A stretch of DNA of 63,465 bases, counting the filler. It is 7 parts of 7 records of this genome, joined end to end, with 100 filler letters (N's around TTAATTAATTAA, not from the genome) between each part and the next. Parts side by side here need not be neighbours in the genome. Positions count along the whole stretch, not along the records: positions 37,685 to 44,815 come from SRR2962707_3731; positions 44,916 to 58,181 come from SRR2962707_3732; 5 more parts are not named here. The stretch is one strand, 5' to 3'. This document shows positions 43,601-53,200 of the stretch, piece by piece. A program made the position numbers and the translations under genes. A model generated the notes under the pieces. That model had not been told where the DNA came from and searched no databases. It worked only from the letters and a program-made list of their open reading frames with translations. Within the stretch, counting starts at the first letter, position 1. The number at the start of each line of letters is the position of its first letter.

Positions 43601-43970
43601 AAGTGGCACAGACGATGGTGCGTTGGAGGAGCTGAGCGCCACAGCGAATTCTCGTCAGCCCCTGCCAAGTGCTCTTCCTGGGCGTTCCCCTTCTGGATTC
43701 TTTCACGGAGCTAAGGCTATCCTTGCATCTGCTGCAGCCGACGCTGCCGCATCGATGGCGACTGCCACTGCGATGGCAGCCGCTCACAGCAACTCAGGAC
43801 ACGCTGACGAAGACTCCGACCCCGACGAGGACCGGGACGATGGCAATGAGTCGACTCGCTACAAGGTGTCGTTTCAATCGGCTTCCACGCAGTTGCTTTC
43901 AATTGCCAAGATGAAGATGCGGGCACGCCTGCGGAAAGAACGCGAGGCGGCCAACAACAATCACACGTGA
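37686..43970 (+). CDS. Very large, mostly disordered eukaryotic protein with a probable PH-like domain, 5' truncated
   Basis: Frame open from contig start, >2000 codons with no stop; S/P/R/D-rich; one hydrophobic island at 39450-39890. Confidence 0.75.
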   Translation, partial: GKSKTSKHSGKRRSQTKRGKKAAEHGSVAPRSLGEGRPPQPKKTTASPNKKRLNNPGLRITTTNISDSGVSEGAAGKDTTLAIRPRLRRSPSSADTALRFMLDDLNEAEEILSDFMESMTEAEAELMLGSPLSVLDGSGATGSGSAKDFSLLHDVDDEQEGTLAKVDSNAADNDIEYSKSDSDTDESNGNFDDGALQQMPESESTQRHCPEHGNAAESDNEVCQGLGRKSTRNSREAKPHHQQRDSVPERQRIDDRQPLQHPRPAEPIDNHRPQHDPVGRRLSPRSTSSSKSNSPPALSTPVQRQPHGYQSGHGPAQQLRRSDDNFGPQRRPITAPGDGGQQAFEGQGAQHRSKNKRDGSARNASVSAVLDGRSMSPSPSPSLAAPTQKKESTRYPTVRHEGYPYEIQAAVQPLQQERHQDVHGVQTEKLVPSRTSAGTTRGKPNVDGHKVISEKLRLLKRNKHHGSTRRGRHPRAKHSARLSRSASGVIAAQDTQPSKSRSRPFHHAESVTATLRKDRNPRRIRAVQRRNTPSYTLPSEDSSDSGENIRPHRVQLHHQISQHALDNGDRSSEVSLAPAFSRTLTRPAQSEMLLLCLDGRTWQSYACTWQLIEADVARLTFEAPAAAGQTWDVRTWDFRAGSTVAEVPFPAVGARAPPVAELYQLCAANREFLRNSGVLRDHNASVSAMRNSVNGQYLCIGLRSSFDQALFACAVSDDAHEQWYLQFVEDFIALNDEQEDDMTNEFSVHALLQAGRTSSSDTHKPQTPSRTGEVSRVVADDGLLRGHEQKENDQDCESWIDSHISEDDGSDESHRMSVDAPEGSSSSSVANTGAMPMRNRRALLPPVVVAAAPDTPENRRAHFAAAAAAAAAADAFRTYYSAEDDDFTSPRGNQRGHPAVGLATPQPDLKPGSRVAMVEPVSDDPADIASGGGDTDSLDSSQSVLQLDEAEPHIGSAPANMSASLPNEGTRPERQTGSLFPAFLGIEELPSVRPRRGDHQRHSKPSTRKSSKAPKKSIDATRPPSQLHHFNAIGENRLKVVGEKVKLLPPPPGLDFASVYGEHGAGSGEDDDSDSTLSGQDNSGRHVKSDNARTSEKQELLAALQITLAELKAAQRQQQDGHESGAKQLDPQELPDEKDVREPGTQTSIRSRSPASALEPAAVVYSHAQRYLASRSRRKPASSPSSSDAGAQSGTLSNPEQTRRAVARDQLDTPGANAQSHSPPASKNAMTQQQLDQGVVQNGGASSGGGLPSPISALFPITDAESASNVPFSLTSPSKPTNMPRRTHREGQSTSQSPGVVTVGASLGNSPPKTEVLWVERMAKKNNAHETVRGSPQAVRKDLALAHARAGEKLLEDRLRAAKERLLHPPTRQDGFASTDVEQELAQPILSSWLMDPMPTSQQAHSTPKIETLRQRTAHAAPQESSESTSHQDGRHDFVSGKKKKNILGSNKVSLRERMAQRAAEKKAAQERESSPQTSIDAGGLEPCTRPDSDSNMMEGAHAAGSDMRDVGSADGAVAFENLEHHKVPGPAEQDATSNAVLLPTKLMKVPSPVKLERGTGEGERATSTISPQVAGGTVSPDEQHDAGASPASAAANAKGVAASAGTHFPPRPPLSQQMQDRIASMQQRKLHKAHVVHRRAGSTGATGTEAGDVMPRTHHRKQSSGVESLIQGILGHSRDNSAASFASTGTDESSERAHSSPPAAATTSPTEDDGRPAQHHRRRSSGIGSLINGVLTNLDMKLPASDAPKAPTMGSHALTLAQQSSHSEALPPRPGVLGIVPDEKPIERRHHKRDNSLGGVAHTRHDSAASSHTQYSHESFMVTAPDDDDEDGAIGVTTSETDDFSDSSRPMNDRRFSNSNRHVGQTDQSESGGEAPLEHHRRISSGVLALARELGNDSEGDSTWARRRKNTTPLHRGGRPGLGFIRSAEQREAQQRPGLHGRHDSHTTATSYEEEPIDVGGSMSSGDEMAASGTDDGALEELSATANSRQPLPSALPGRSPSGFFHGAKAILASAAADAAASMATATAMAAAHSNSGHADEDSDPDEDRDDGNESTRYKVSFQSASTQLLSIAKMKMRARLRKEREAANNNHT

Positions 43971-44162
43971 ATGCACGACAGGATCGCGCTGCCTGTGAAT
44001 ATCGTTGGAGGTCGTAATTTTGTAAATTTACTTTCTTGCGAGCAAACTCTGTATTGTTTGTTTTCTTATTCTCGGGCAGCTGGCAGCGTAGGAGCGGCAA
44101 GAAGAACGACCTGTTGCAGCACCCCAGTGTGCGAACTGCGCACGGATTGGTACGGACTCGCA

Positions 44163-44762
44163 TCAATTCGAGTGACCTGTTTTCGGGTTTAAAAGAAGGA
44201 TGTGCTCACCCCCGTGGTCCATTGTGCTAAAATCGCTAACGCCAAAGTCGTCGTAGAGTTCCCGGGTGGACGGATCTGATAGAACTTCATACCTACACAA
44301 GAGATAAAGAAAAATGAAAATACATCGTTTGCAGTGATTAGGCCGTGTCCGAATCAGCAGCAACACGAAACGCACGCTGCCACAATCTCATCATATCGTT
44401 GGCGGGCGGCCTCAGCTTCTTCTTCCGTTGAGATGTGTGCGGCTTGGTCTGGGTGAAACTCAAAGCTGAGTTTTCGAAAGGCCTTTTTGATTTCTTCTGA
44501 ACTTGTCTGTGATTCCAACACAACAATGTACCGGTATGTTGGCCGTGACGTGATTTTCCGTCTACGGCCTATGCAGCGGTGAAAATCACCAATTTGAGAC
44601 AGACTCTCACCGCTGGTCCATCGACGCCCAACGTGTCGTACAGAGTTGTCGCGTAGTACGGTAGTTGCAGGAAACGCGTTGTCCCCAAACCGGTAGACAT
44701 TTGCTTCAGCGCGCGTAATTTTCGGCGCACGGCCTGGAATTCGTACCAGTTGGAAGAAAACG
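44163..44762 (-). CDS. DnaJ/J-domain protein, spliced, 5' truncated (3' end uncertain)
   Basis: Exons 44762-44611, 44506-44376, 44292-~44210 with GT-AG introns give LYDTLGVDGPA-TSSEEIKKAFRKLSFEFHPD...AAYEVLSDPSTRELYDDFG; HPD motif intact. Confidence 0.85.
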
Positions 44763-44795
44763 CTAATGCAACGGCGTGAAACGGAGCGGAGATGC

Positions 44796-44815
44796 AAAAA
44801 AAAAAAAAAAAAAAA
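44796..44815 (+). repeat. Poly(A) homopolymer at contig end (poly-T on the J-domain gene strand, intronic)
   Basis: 20 consecutive A immediately before the N spacer. Confidence 0.85.
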
Positions 44816-44915
44816 NNNNNNNNNNNNNNNNNNNNNNNNNNNNNNNNNNNNNNNNNNNNTTAATTAATTAANNNNNNNNNNNNNNNNNNNNNNNNNNNNN
44901 NNNNNNNNNNNNNNN
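44816..44915. other. Artificial contig-joining spacer 5
   Basis: N-run + TTAATTAATTAA + N-run. Confidence 0.98.
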
Positions 44916-47153
44916 CTCCCTATAAAAGAGAATGAAATCATTGATGTAGAGGACACGGAAACAATCGAGTCGTGGCGTGATGATACGTGGTGGTACGGGT
45001 CAAAGGTTGGAACCCAGCAGTCAGGCTGGTTTCCTTCTGCCAACACCAAAATCATTCAACACAAGCCTCCACTTGAAGCAGGTGCCGTGGTTGATTCAAA
45101 ATACCAAGACGATGCGACGAAAAGGCCACCACCGGGCGTGGACGGCACGCTTTCAACACTTTCCGTACCACCACGGTGCACCATGCGTGCGCTCCGTCCA
45201 TACACTGGACCTGGTACACAGGTTGCAATCGATGGTGTTCAAGACCCGGAAGCTGCGACTTGTGGGCCTTTCAAAGTCGAGAAGGACGATGTCGTGCAAG
45301 TCCACACATCGAAAGTTCGTGAAACTGCTTTGCTTGAGGAGTTCGAGGACGTCCTTTTTTGCAAAAACCTTCGGACTGGCGAGTACGGCTGGGTTCCGTG
45401 CTCCCACCTGCAAGAAATGCGCCGTGGTAGTTCTGCCCAACTTGGCTCGGCGCCCAATATCACAAGCCATGCACTTGGTGGGACAATTTCTGTTCTTTCA
45501 TTATCAGCACCTTTGTCGCGGGCGAGTTTACGTGTTGCGGCACCAGACTGGGTCATACAGCATGCCTCTGCATCCTCCGCTGCATTAGAAGGCTATCAAG
45601 GTCTCCACAGCGGGCATTCGTCTTCTCAATCGACTTCTCCCAGCGGGAGGCAAGATCGGGGCCACAGCGGCAGCGGAAGTGTGAGCAGTCGAAGCAGAAG
45701 CGAAAGAAGCAGAAGTAGCAGTCATATTGGCACACTTCCCATGCTCTCTCCAGGAACCACAGGCGGCCACGGCGACTGTGAGCAACGCCCTGTCGGATCT
45801 GCCCTCAAGTCGCGTCACCGACGTGGACGCCCGGAAAAACTCCAGCTAGCCAACGAATTCCATGTCGGCACGTCAACATCTTCGGATGACGATGACTGTG
45901 ACTGCGATTTTGATCAGGCTGCTGCGTTTTCCGATCGGGGGAGAAGCTGCGACATGCCACGTGCTAGTCGAACAGACGTGCACTCCCCGTCACCGCGCAG
46001 TGGAGACGACCTTCTCCAGCGCTTTCGAAGCGGTGATGTTCCCCATTCGTCCCCAATGTCACGGGGCAATGCTGCTCTTTCGTCTCAGGCACTTAGCTCC
46101 ATGTCGCCACAGACCAAACCCAAGCGCAGTCCGGACCAGATCGCAGTTCATTGCAAAGCTCCGTTGGAGATCGGTCAATCCGGAAATCGTTTCCACCACG
46201 AGACGGGCCGTGACTCGTTCATTGCCCGCACGTTGCAAACTTCGAGTTCGTCACCGTCTGCTGGGAGGACTGCAAAGGCACACTCCCTTCCTTCCTCTCC
46301 GGTTTTGAAGCCTTTGGGCGAGACCTCTTCCGTTTTGCATCCGCAATCGCAGGACGCATTCAATGGAACAGAGAGGAAACCGAATACACAAATGCCCGCC
46401 CCTGTTGATGGCATCACGCGGCTTCGCCCTCCGTCTCGCTCTGGAGGTGGTTCTCGAGTCGCGACAGAGGCGTACTCATCCATGATGTCAGCACTGCTTT
46501 CTCCCCCTCGTTCTTTTGTCTTGCCCGGAGGTTCAGCCGCACTCCCATCGATCGGGGCTTCAACGTCTCCAGCGAATCCGATCGCTGGGGCTTTTGAACT
46601 GGCACCATCTGCTCTGGGAAGTGATCACACTACTCTTGGCTCCTCGAAATCTTCTCAGCAAATAGCCACAATTGGGCGATCAAGACGGCCAATTGTGGCT
46701 TCTGCACGCCAATCGGGCATGGATCTGGACAGCGGTGACGATGAGGACACGACCCTTGCTTGGTTGTTGCAACAACAAGAAGTTGCTCGAGTGCATGGAA
46801 CCAGTGTCGCCTATGATGCACAAAGAAGCCAGCAGGTTCTGGACGAGTTCTTGGTCCAGAACTCGCCAACAAATAGAAGCTCGGGTGCTTCTGCAACGCG
46901 CCAGCGCGAATGCGCCAGTGCGAATTACGAGCCTGTGCAGGCTTCGGGTAATACACCTGTCCACGGCGCAACTCCGAACAATGAAGCCTCTAACGGAGGT
47001 ATGGAGTGTATCATTTGTTTTGACAACACCATAGACACAGCGCTGTACCCTTGCTGGCACATTATTTGCTGCAGCGAATGTGCGAAGCGTGTAACAAAGT
47101 GTCCGCAGTGCCGACGCAAAATCAAGTTTCGCCAGCGTGTTTTCATCAAGTGA
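44916..47153 (+). CDS. SH3-SH3 ... C3HC4 RING finger protein (putative E3 ubiquitin ligase), 5' truncated
   Basis: Open from contig start: LPIKENEIIDV...DTWWYG...QSGWFPSAN (SH3); MRALRPY...KDDVVQV...RTGEYGWVP (SH3); C-terminal CIICFD...PCWHIICCSECAKRVTKCPQCR. Confidence 0.82.
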   Translation, partial: LPIKENEIIDVEDTETIESWRDDTWWYGSKVGTQQSGWFPSANTKIIQHKPPLEAGAVVDSKYQDDATKRPPPGVDGTLSTLSVPPRCTMRALRPYTGPGTQVAIDGVQDPEAATCGPFKVEKDDVVQVHTSKVRETALLEEFEDVLFCKNLRTGEYGWVPCSHLQEMRRGSSAQLGSAPNITSHALGGTISVLSLSAPLSRASLRVAAPDWVIQHASASSAALEGYQGLHSGHSSSQSTSPSGRQDRGHSGSGSVSSRSRSERSRSSSHIGTLPMLSPGTTGGHGDCEQRPVGSALKSRHRRGRPEKLQLANEFHVGTSTSSDDDDCDCDFDQAAAFSDRGRSCDMPRASRTDVHSPSPRSGDDLLQRFRSGDVPHSSPMSRGNAALSSQALSSMSPQTKPKRSPDQIAVHCKAPLEIGQSGNRFHHETGRDSFIARTLQTSSSSPSAGRTAKAHSLPSSPVLKPLGETSSVLHPQSQDAFNGTERKPNTQMPAPVDGITRLRPPSRSGGGSRVATEAYSSMMSALLSPPRSFVLPGGSAALPSIGASTSPANPIAGAFELAPSALGSDHTTLGSSKSSQQIATIGRSRRPIVASARQSGMDLDSGDDEDTTLAWLLQQQEVARVHGTSVAYDAQRSQQVLDEFLVQNSPTNRSSGASATRQRECASANYEPVQASGNTPVHGATPNNEASNGGMECIICFDNTIDTALYPCWHIICCSECAKRVTKCPQCRRKIKFRQRVFIK

Positions 47154-47269
47154 ACCCAGATGGGCCGGATGACAAGATCAAAAATCTAACTTTATTTATT
47201 GTGACATTCCAGCGCCAGCGTGAGCAGCTCCCAAGCATCGACCTGGTTGCTGGTCCTTTCGCATGCGCG

Positions 47270-50200
47270 TCAGTCAATATTCCGTGACGCTGCACTCACT
47301 GCCTTTGCCATCACATCTACAATTCCACTTACGCCAGCCTCGTCGGTTGAGTCGCCACTGCTCTCGCAGGCAATCATTGCTACGCGTGTCAACGCTTCGA
47401 CAAACATTTGAAGTGTGAGGCCCCGAGGCAAAGTACCTGATGTGCTGTCGTCGCCGACTCCAGTTGCTGCAGCAGAAGCCGCTTGAGCGGCTGCCACGGT
47501 GATATTGAAAACTCCAAGTGCGTCTGTGCGAGTCACTCTATTGTGGCCTGCTCCTAGAAGCCCGGCAGCCTCAATAAACTCCATCCACGCAACCGCGTTC
47601 ATCGATTCCTGCTCACGCACCTGTCGCTGGCTGTGGCTGCGATAAGTACCTTCGTGTTGTCGGCGACCATTGAAGGCGTCCGTGAATCTCTGAAAAATCC
47701 CGCGTAGCCGAGAGCGTCCATCACCACCTGTGACACTACCGCCATTCGTACTATTGAAGCGACGGGGATTGAGGAAGGCGACCAAATCCGGATGCATCAG
47801 GACTTTGTAGATGTTCAAAGAACGTTGTCGGCGGGCTTGCGATGCGTCAGTGGTGGACAACACCATATGGTGACTCCCTCGGCTTGATTTGAGTGCATTT
47901 CCTGTGGAACTTGGCTCACGAGCTCCGAAGTTATTGACAGGTCGGCTTCCGGACACGCCTGGATGGCGCACTTGCCGTTGAAAACCGTGCTTTATGACAT
48001 CCAACAGCATCCTTAATCGCTGAGCAATGGTTCCTCGTGGAAAAGATGTTTGTGCCAAGTTCACAAGCGCTACCCCAAAATTTGTGAACGAGTACCACAC
48101 ACCATCGTCGCCCGCTTGTCCGTCACTCATTGTCGACTCACGCGCCACTTCACTTCCAGAACTTGGAGCAACCGCTTCATCAGGCTTGCCAAGCTGGAAC
48201 TGCTTATGCTGCGTTTGTGACGACACCAACCAATGTTGCCACAAGGCGATTTGCGGACAGAGTTCAGGGCAAAGCCGATAATCGTGTGCAAACGCAAGGA
48301 AATGCCGGAACTGCATTCCATGCGCACTTGATGGTCCACCATTTCCACTGTGAGATACAGTTGGATACCCACGGGGCGCCGCTTGCGAGTACTCGTCAAA
48401 GATGGCACGCAGAGTCTGCTCACGAAGCAGCAGCTCGCGAACACAGTTGTCATCAATAATCCAGGGCACAAAATTGTGCTCGAGGTAGCTGCTTCTTAGA
48501 TCTGCTGCGGCTGGTAGACCATCGCGTGACTGTTCTTGGTAAAAGGCAAACCGCCGCCATATTGCATCTGCACCTACCTCCCGTGCTCCAAGTGCGGTAG
48601 CAAGAGAATTTTGAGTCGTGGAAGAGGAATGTCGGTGCGGATCCAATTGAGCAAGCCGCGAGAGTGCACGGGCAAATGCCGCCTCATCCAGCGAGCGATC
48701 TTGCGCATCCTCGTCACTTGCAACCTGCTCATCGTGGAAAGCGTGCAGTGTCTGTGATGCGTGGAAGTCACTCCGGTAACTAGGAGGTTGTCCGTAGTTT
48801 GCTCCGTCAATCGCTGATTCCACTCTTTGCGCTCGACTGCTGTTGCCAAAAACTCCACCACCAGCATCGAGCGCACATTGCGCAAAAATGGTTTTCAAGT
48901 TGCTCATCGACAGATAGCCCTCATCGTAAATTCCGCAATCCATTCCAAGTGCAAGAAACGCACCCAGGCGCACTCCGCCACCGGCCCCCGTCGACGGATC
49001 TCCCTGATTATAGTTGGCAACGCATAAGTGAGTGTTGGTATATCAGAAAATCTGTGAGATCATATCGCATGTCGCACAGAGGAACGCATCAAGCAGGACC
49101 CACCTGATCGTGCCGATACAATCGATAAAGGTGTGATAGGGGAAAGCGGTCATCCTGTGTTAGCATCAGAATTTGTGCTGACATTCTTTCCGGAAGCTGA
49201 CCCTCGTACTCGACGAGCACAGATTGAAGATAGGAGAAGTAGTCGACCATCGCGCCGCCTCGAGTTCGAAATCGCTGCCAAAAGCTCTGTTGCCCCGCCG
49301 AAATCTCAGCTCCATACTCAAATTTTTCCTTGACATTTGAAATGCAGAGTTCACGTGAATGCACACAGATGAGAACTGTGCTCAAGTCATCTCTAAAGAA
49401 TTCGGCACAGTCGGGACGTCACAGAAAGCAGGCAGTCACACACTCAAAAACACCAAATTGGCCACTTACGTTGGCCTGAACTTGCGCACGATCCAAGGGG
49501 CTGAGACAGTGCTGGAAACTGTCAACAGGAACGATGCCAGTACGAAAAGGGTCTTTTTGTTCGAGTGCCTGGACGACTTGTTGCAACACCAAGGCATCCA
49601 GGCGGCCAGCCTCGGGAACCGCCCGAACAGGTACCTGTGAGTAACGGACCAGCGCCCCGCCGTCTGTGTCCCGGCCACCGGGATTGGTGTGGTCCCACCC
49701 AAGAAAGTCTAGATCGGCATTTTGATCGTCGGGAAAGATGTTTGGATTGTCTTTGAGCTCTCGAGCTTCGCGCTCGGCTCTGGATTTTGCATGTGCACGC
49801 TCTGCAAATGTGGCAAGGCTCACTGTCGCAGCCTTGGCAGTGGCAAGCTTTTCAAACACACCAATGAAGGTCGGAAAGTCAAACCTCTTTGTCTCTCCGG
49901 GATCGTTGATTCCCAAAGATGAGTTGCGGGTAGAAGTCGGCTCCATATTCCTGTTGGCGCAGAGTGCCTGAACTTCTTTCTGAAGCTCTGCCAACGACAT
50001 ATACTCAGGACTCAGATGAAACTGCTCCATAATCCAAACTACATCAGCCTGACGGATGAGAGGCGAATCAGTCGTGGTTGGTTCCACGCTGTTGGACCCC
50101 CTATTGTTGAGCTCTCGAGCACAGTGCAAAAACTTTGCACGAAGCTTTTGGCCAATATCTGGACTCGACATCGTCCCGACAGATGCCCACGAAACCAGTT

Positions 50201-53200
50201 GCACAGCTTCCCAACGGCGTTTCTGTTGTTGGTAATTGTTCTGGCGTGAGCTTCCGGATGTGCCTGTGCTATACTGCTTGTCCATGCTGTGATTTGCCTC
50301 GGACTCGGCTATAATGTCGCGATCGAGACGGCGACATATCTCTGCAACAACGTGCTCTGGCGGAACTTTCAAAACTGCCACTCCAAGAGCAGCAATGCAA
50401 AGTCGGAATTGCGAAGGTGAAAAGCGGCCCACTGGTTCGGCACTGTGGAGTGCGTGTGTGTCGCCGGAGTGCACTGAGCCAGCCGGTCGTTCGGACTGCA
50501 GCATTGCTTGGCGGACAAGCTGGGCAACTTCAATTTGAGAAAACTCGGCATTTAGCAGCCCTGCACGAATGCATAGTAGCAGAAACCCGCGCCATGACTC
50601 GTCCAGGAACCCAATTTCAGGATACAGCCGGTGAGTTGCACCACTGCCAACGCGCCGCGTCCTTGGCGTGCCTACAATGAAGCAGCAGCTGAAATTAGAA
50701 GGGTTGATGACGGTATTCTTAACAATGATGAAACCTTCATTCGTGGACACAGAGGATACAATAAAACATTGAAGAATCGCGAATACCTGGCAAAAACGAA
50801 TCCGGTTTCCTGGCTCCGAAAAAATAATCTCCAATTGTGTTGTCAAGTGGTCTGAAATACTGCCAGAAGATGGATGTAGCGTCAGCAAGTCGGGGGAGTT
50901 TTTGGATCTGATCAACTTGAAGACTCGAAGTAAAACCCAGGCCGTCGCGAGATGCAATGCCTTTGATCGGTATTGCTTCAACTTCGTCGTCAGGAACAAA
51001 AACAAATAAATTGCTTGCGTGCGCGCAGAGAGTATCACGTGCAGGGTTTAGCTTCTCAGCTTGTCTACTTCGAACTGATCCAGCCACAAGAGCAGTAGTG
51101 TGAGCCGCTTGCAGCAGCTGTTGTTGTTCTTCTTTGTGGGTGCAGCCTACATGTTCTGTGATGTCTTCAAAAGGGCTGGTACGCTTCGTCGAGGTCTCCT
51201 CTGCAGCATCTACCCGTGCCACGTCAAGAACCTCACACAATAGTGACCGCGTGAAAGCCACCAGTGTGCTGCTCGTCTTATGTGTTTCAGGCTTCGTACC
51301 AGACAGTCCCCACGTTGGTATGGTCTTCAGAAAGTCCTGAAACGCGGCCGGAAGGTCTAGTGTAGGACTTTCAGACTGCTGGTGTGCGTAATTGCGCACG
51401 CGCTGTCGCCGTGACATGCTTTCCTCCTTTTTTCTGCTGGCAGCAATATCGTTGGGAGCAATGCACAATGCCAGTCCAACGCGAACTAAAAACTCAACAA
51501 ACTCTGAAAAACCAAGACACAATCTTCGACTAGATCCCATATTTGGCACATCTCCTGGCTCTTGTGACACTGTCACACGGCCAAAACCAATATGCTGCAT
51601 TTTGGCTTGACGAGGTCCAACACCTGAAGCTGAAGCTGCGGCGACAAAACAGTCGTTGATCAATTCTTTGCTAAGCACTTTCATCCGACCAGGCTTACGT
51701 TGGCGTGATTGGTCGCCGCGCGTAAATTCAACGTTTTCATCGTAGAAACCCTGGAAATAATCACGACAAAATTCATGCGCCCCCCGACGCTGAAGAAAAA
51801 GTTGCTCTCGCCGCGCTGGAGGCTCAGCATCAGCAAGAGGAGTTACACTACTATGTGCCACGGGCAACGCATGTGCGTACCTGTCCAAAATTTCAGAAGC
51901 ACAGACGTTCTATTGATAAACCGTCAGAATGGACACCGATTGAAGGGCATTAAAGGGATAGAAGCAGCCGCACGTACGCCTCAAACAACTCCAGCAAGAC
52001 TCCGCGATGTCGTTGGACATGGGCAAGAACTTCAGCGCGCAGAACCCAGCGAAGCACTGTAGGGGTTCCCGCCATGATACCTCGAGGCAGGCGTTTAGAC
52101 GCACTGGTGCTTTTGTGATCAGAAGAGGCAGATGGAGGCCCTCGAACACAAACATCAAGTGATTTGTTCCACCACCACCACATTCCCGAATCTTTACGTG
52201 CTGCTTGCCGCTCACTGGCCATCCAGCCTGGTTTACCGGAGACAGGGATTTCTTTATTGCCCTGTTGAGCTCCTCGACCGATTGGCCCAATACGATCGAT
52301 GAGTCTCTTCAACAGTTGCAAAAAAGTTAGTTGTTTCGGATGCTGAAGATACGTGCCATTGCTCTCACTATCATAGCCACGAGAAACAGCTTCAATGTGG
52401 CGCTTGGCTCGGGCAGCGAGTGGTCGATACATAATTTCAACAGCCGCAAAAGTCCCATTCCACCGAAGCGCCTATCGGACGAAAAACATTCAAACAGGAA
52501 ATTTAATGATGTGCTGCATTTCTTCACTCTCTTAAGTAGCTGGCGTGCATCAAGTGACAGCGTTTCGTGATCGACTCGCACCAGTGAAGTGCGAACAATT
52601 GTGCCTATTATTGCAACGAATTCAACAAATGTCCAGTCCCTGGAACCAGCGGCAAGAGATTCCAATCGAAAACTGGTCTTTCGTTTGCCTGGGCGGTGGT
52701 CATGGCTTTGACTAAACATGTCCGATTTCGGAGGTTGTTTTTTCCCTGTCGCGAATTCCTGCGCCCGCATCACCTGAGCACATATTTCACATATATCCCA
52801 AGCCTGCAAGCAATTGCACAAAAACATCAAGTCAAACCTAAAATATCTTTCTGGGCAATGTTTAATCATCTTCTTTTGCCACATGCCTGCAGAAGGCCTG
52901 CCGTTGTGCACATCTGTGTCACAGTAGTTGTGGCGGAGTTCTGTGCACCTGCGCCAGTTCGAACGCTGGGTCTGCCAGTTGTGGTTGAAGCATCTGCTGG
53001 CTGGTGGGTTCGCAGAAATCCAATTGTGCGCAGCATAAGTAGCAGTCCGACCTAGCAATGCACCAGACACCCACAATCAAGGAGACGACGTCACTCGATC
53101 GGCCACAATGCGAAATGATCACCAGATCGATCCACACTGAAACGTACAAGTGGTCGCTTTGGAAAAAACCGACACAGATATTGGGAATACAAAAGCTGAA

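Noticed and set aside
37098..43970. Apparent bacterial-to-eukaryote horizontal transfer (hmgA next to a eukaryotic ORF)
   Set aside because: Separated by an artificial spacer; different contigs
44796..44815. Poly(A) run as an mRNA tail or retroelement end
   Set aside because: Lies upstream of an AG acceptor on the minus strand of an intron-containing gene; best read as an intronic poly-T where assembly broke
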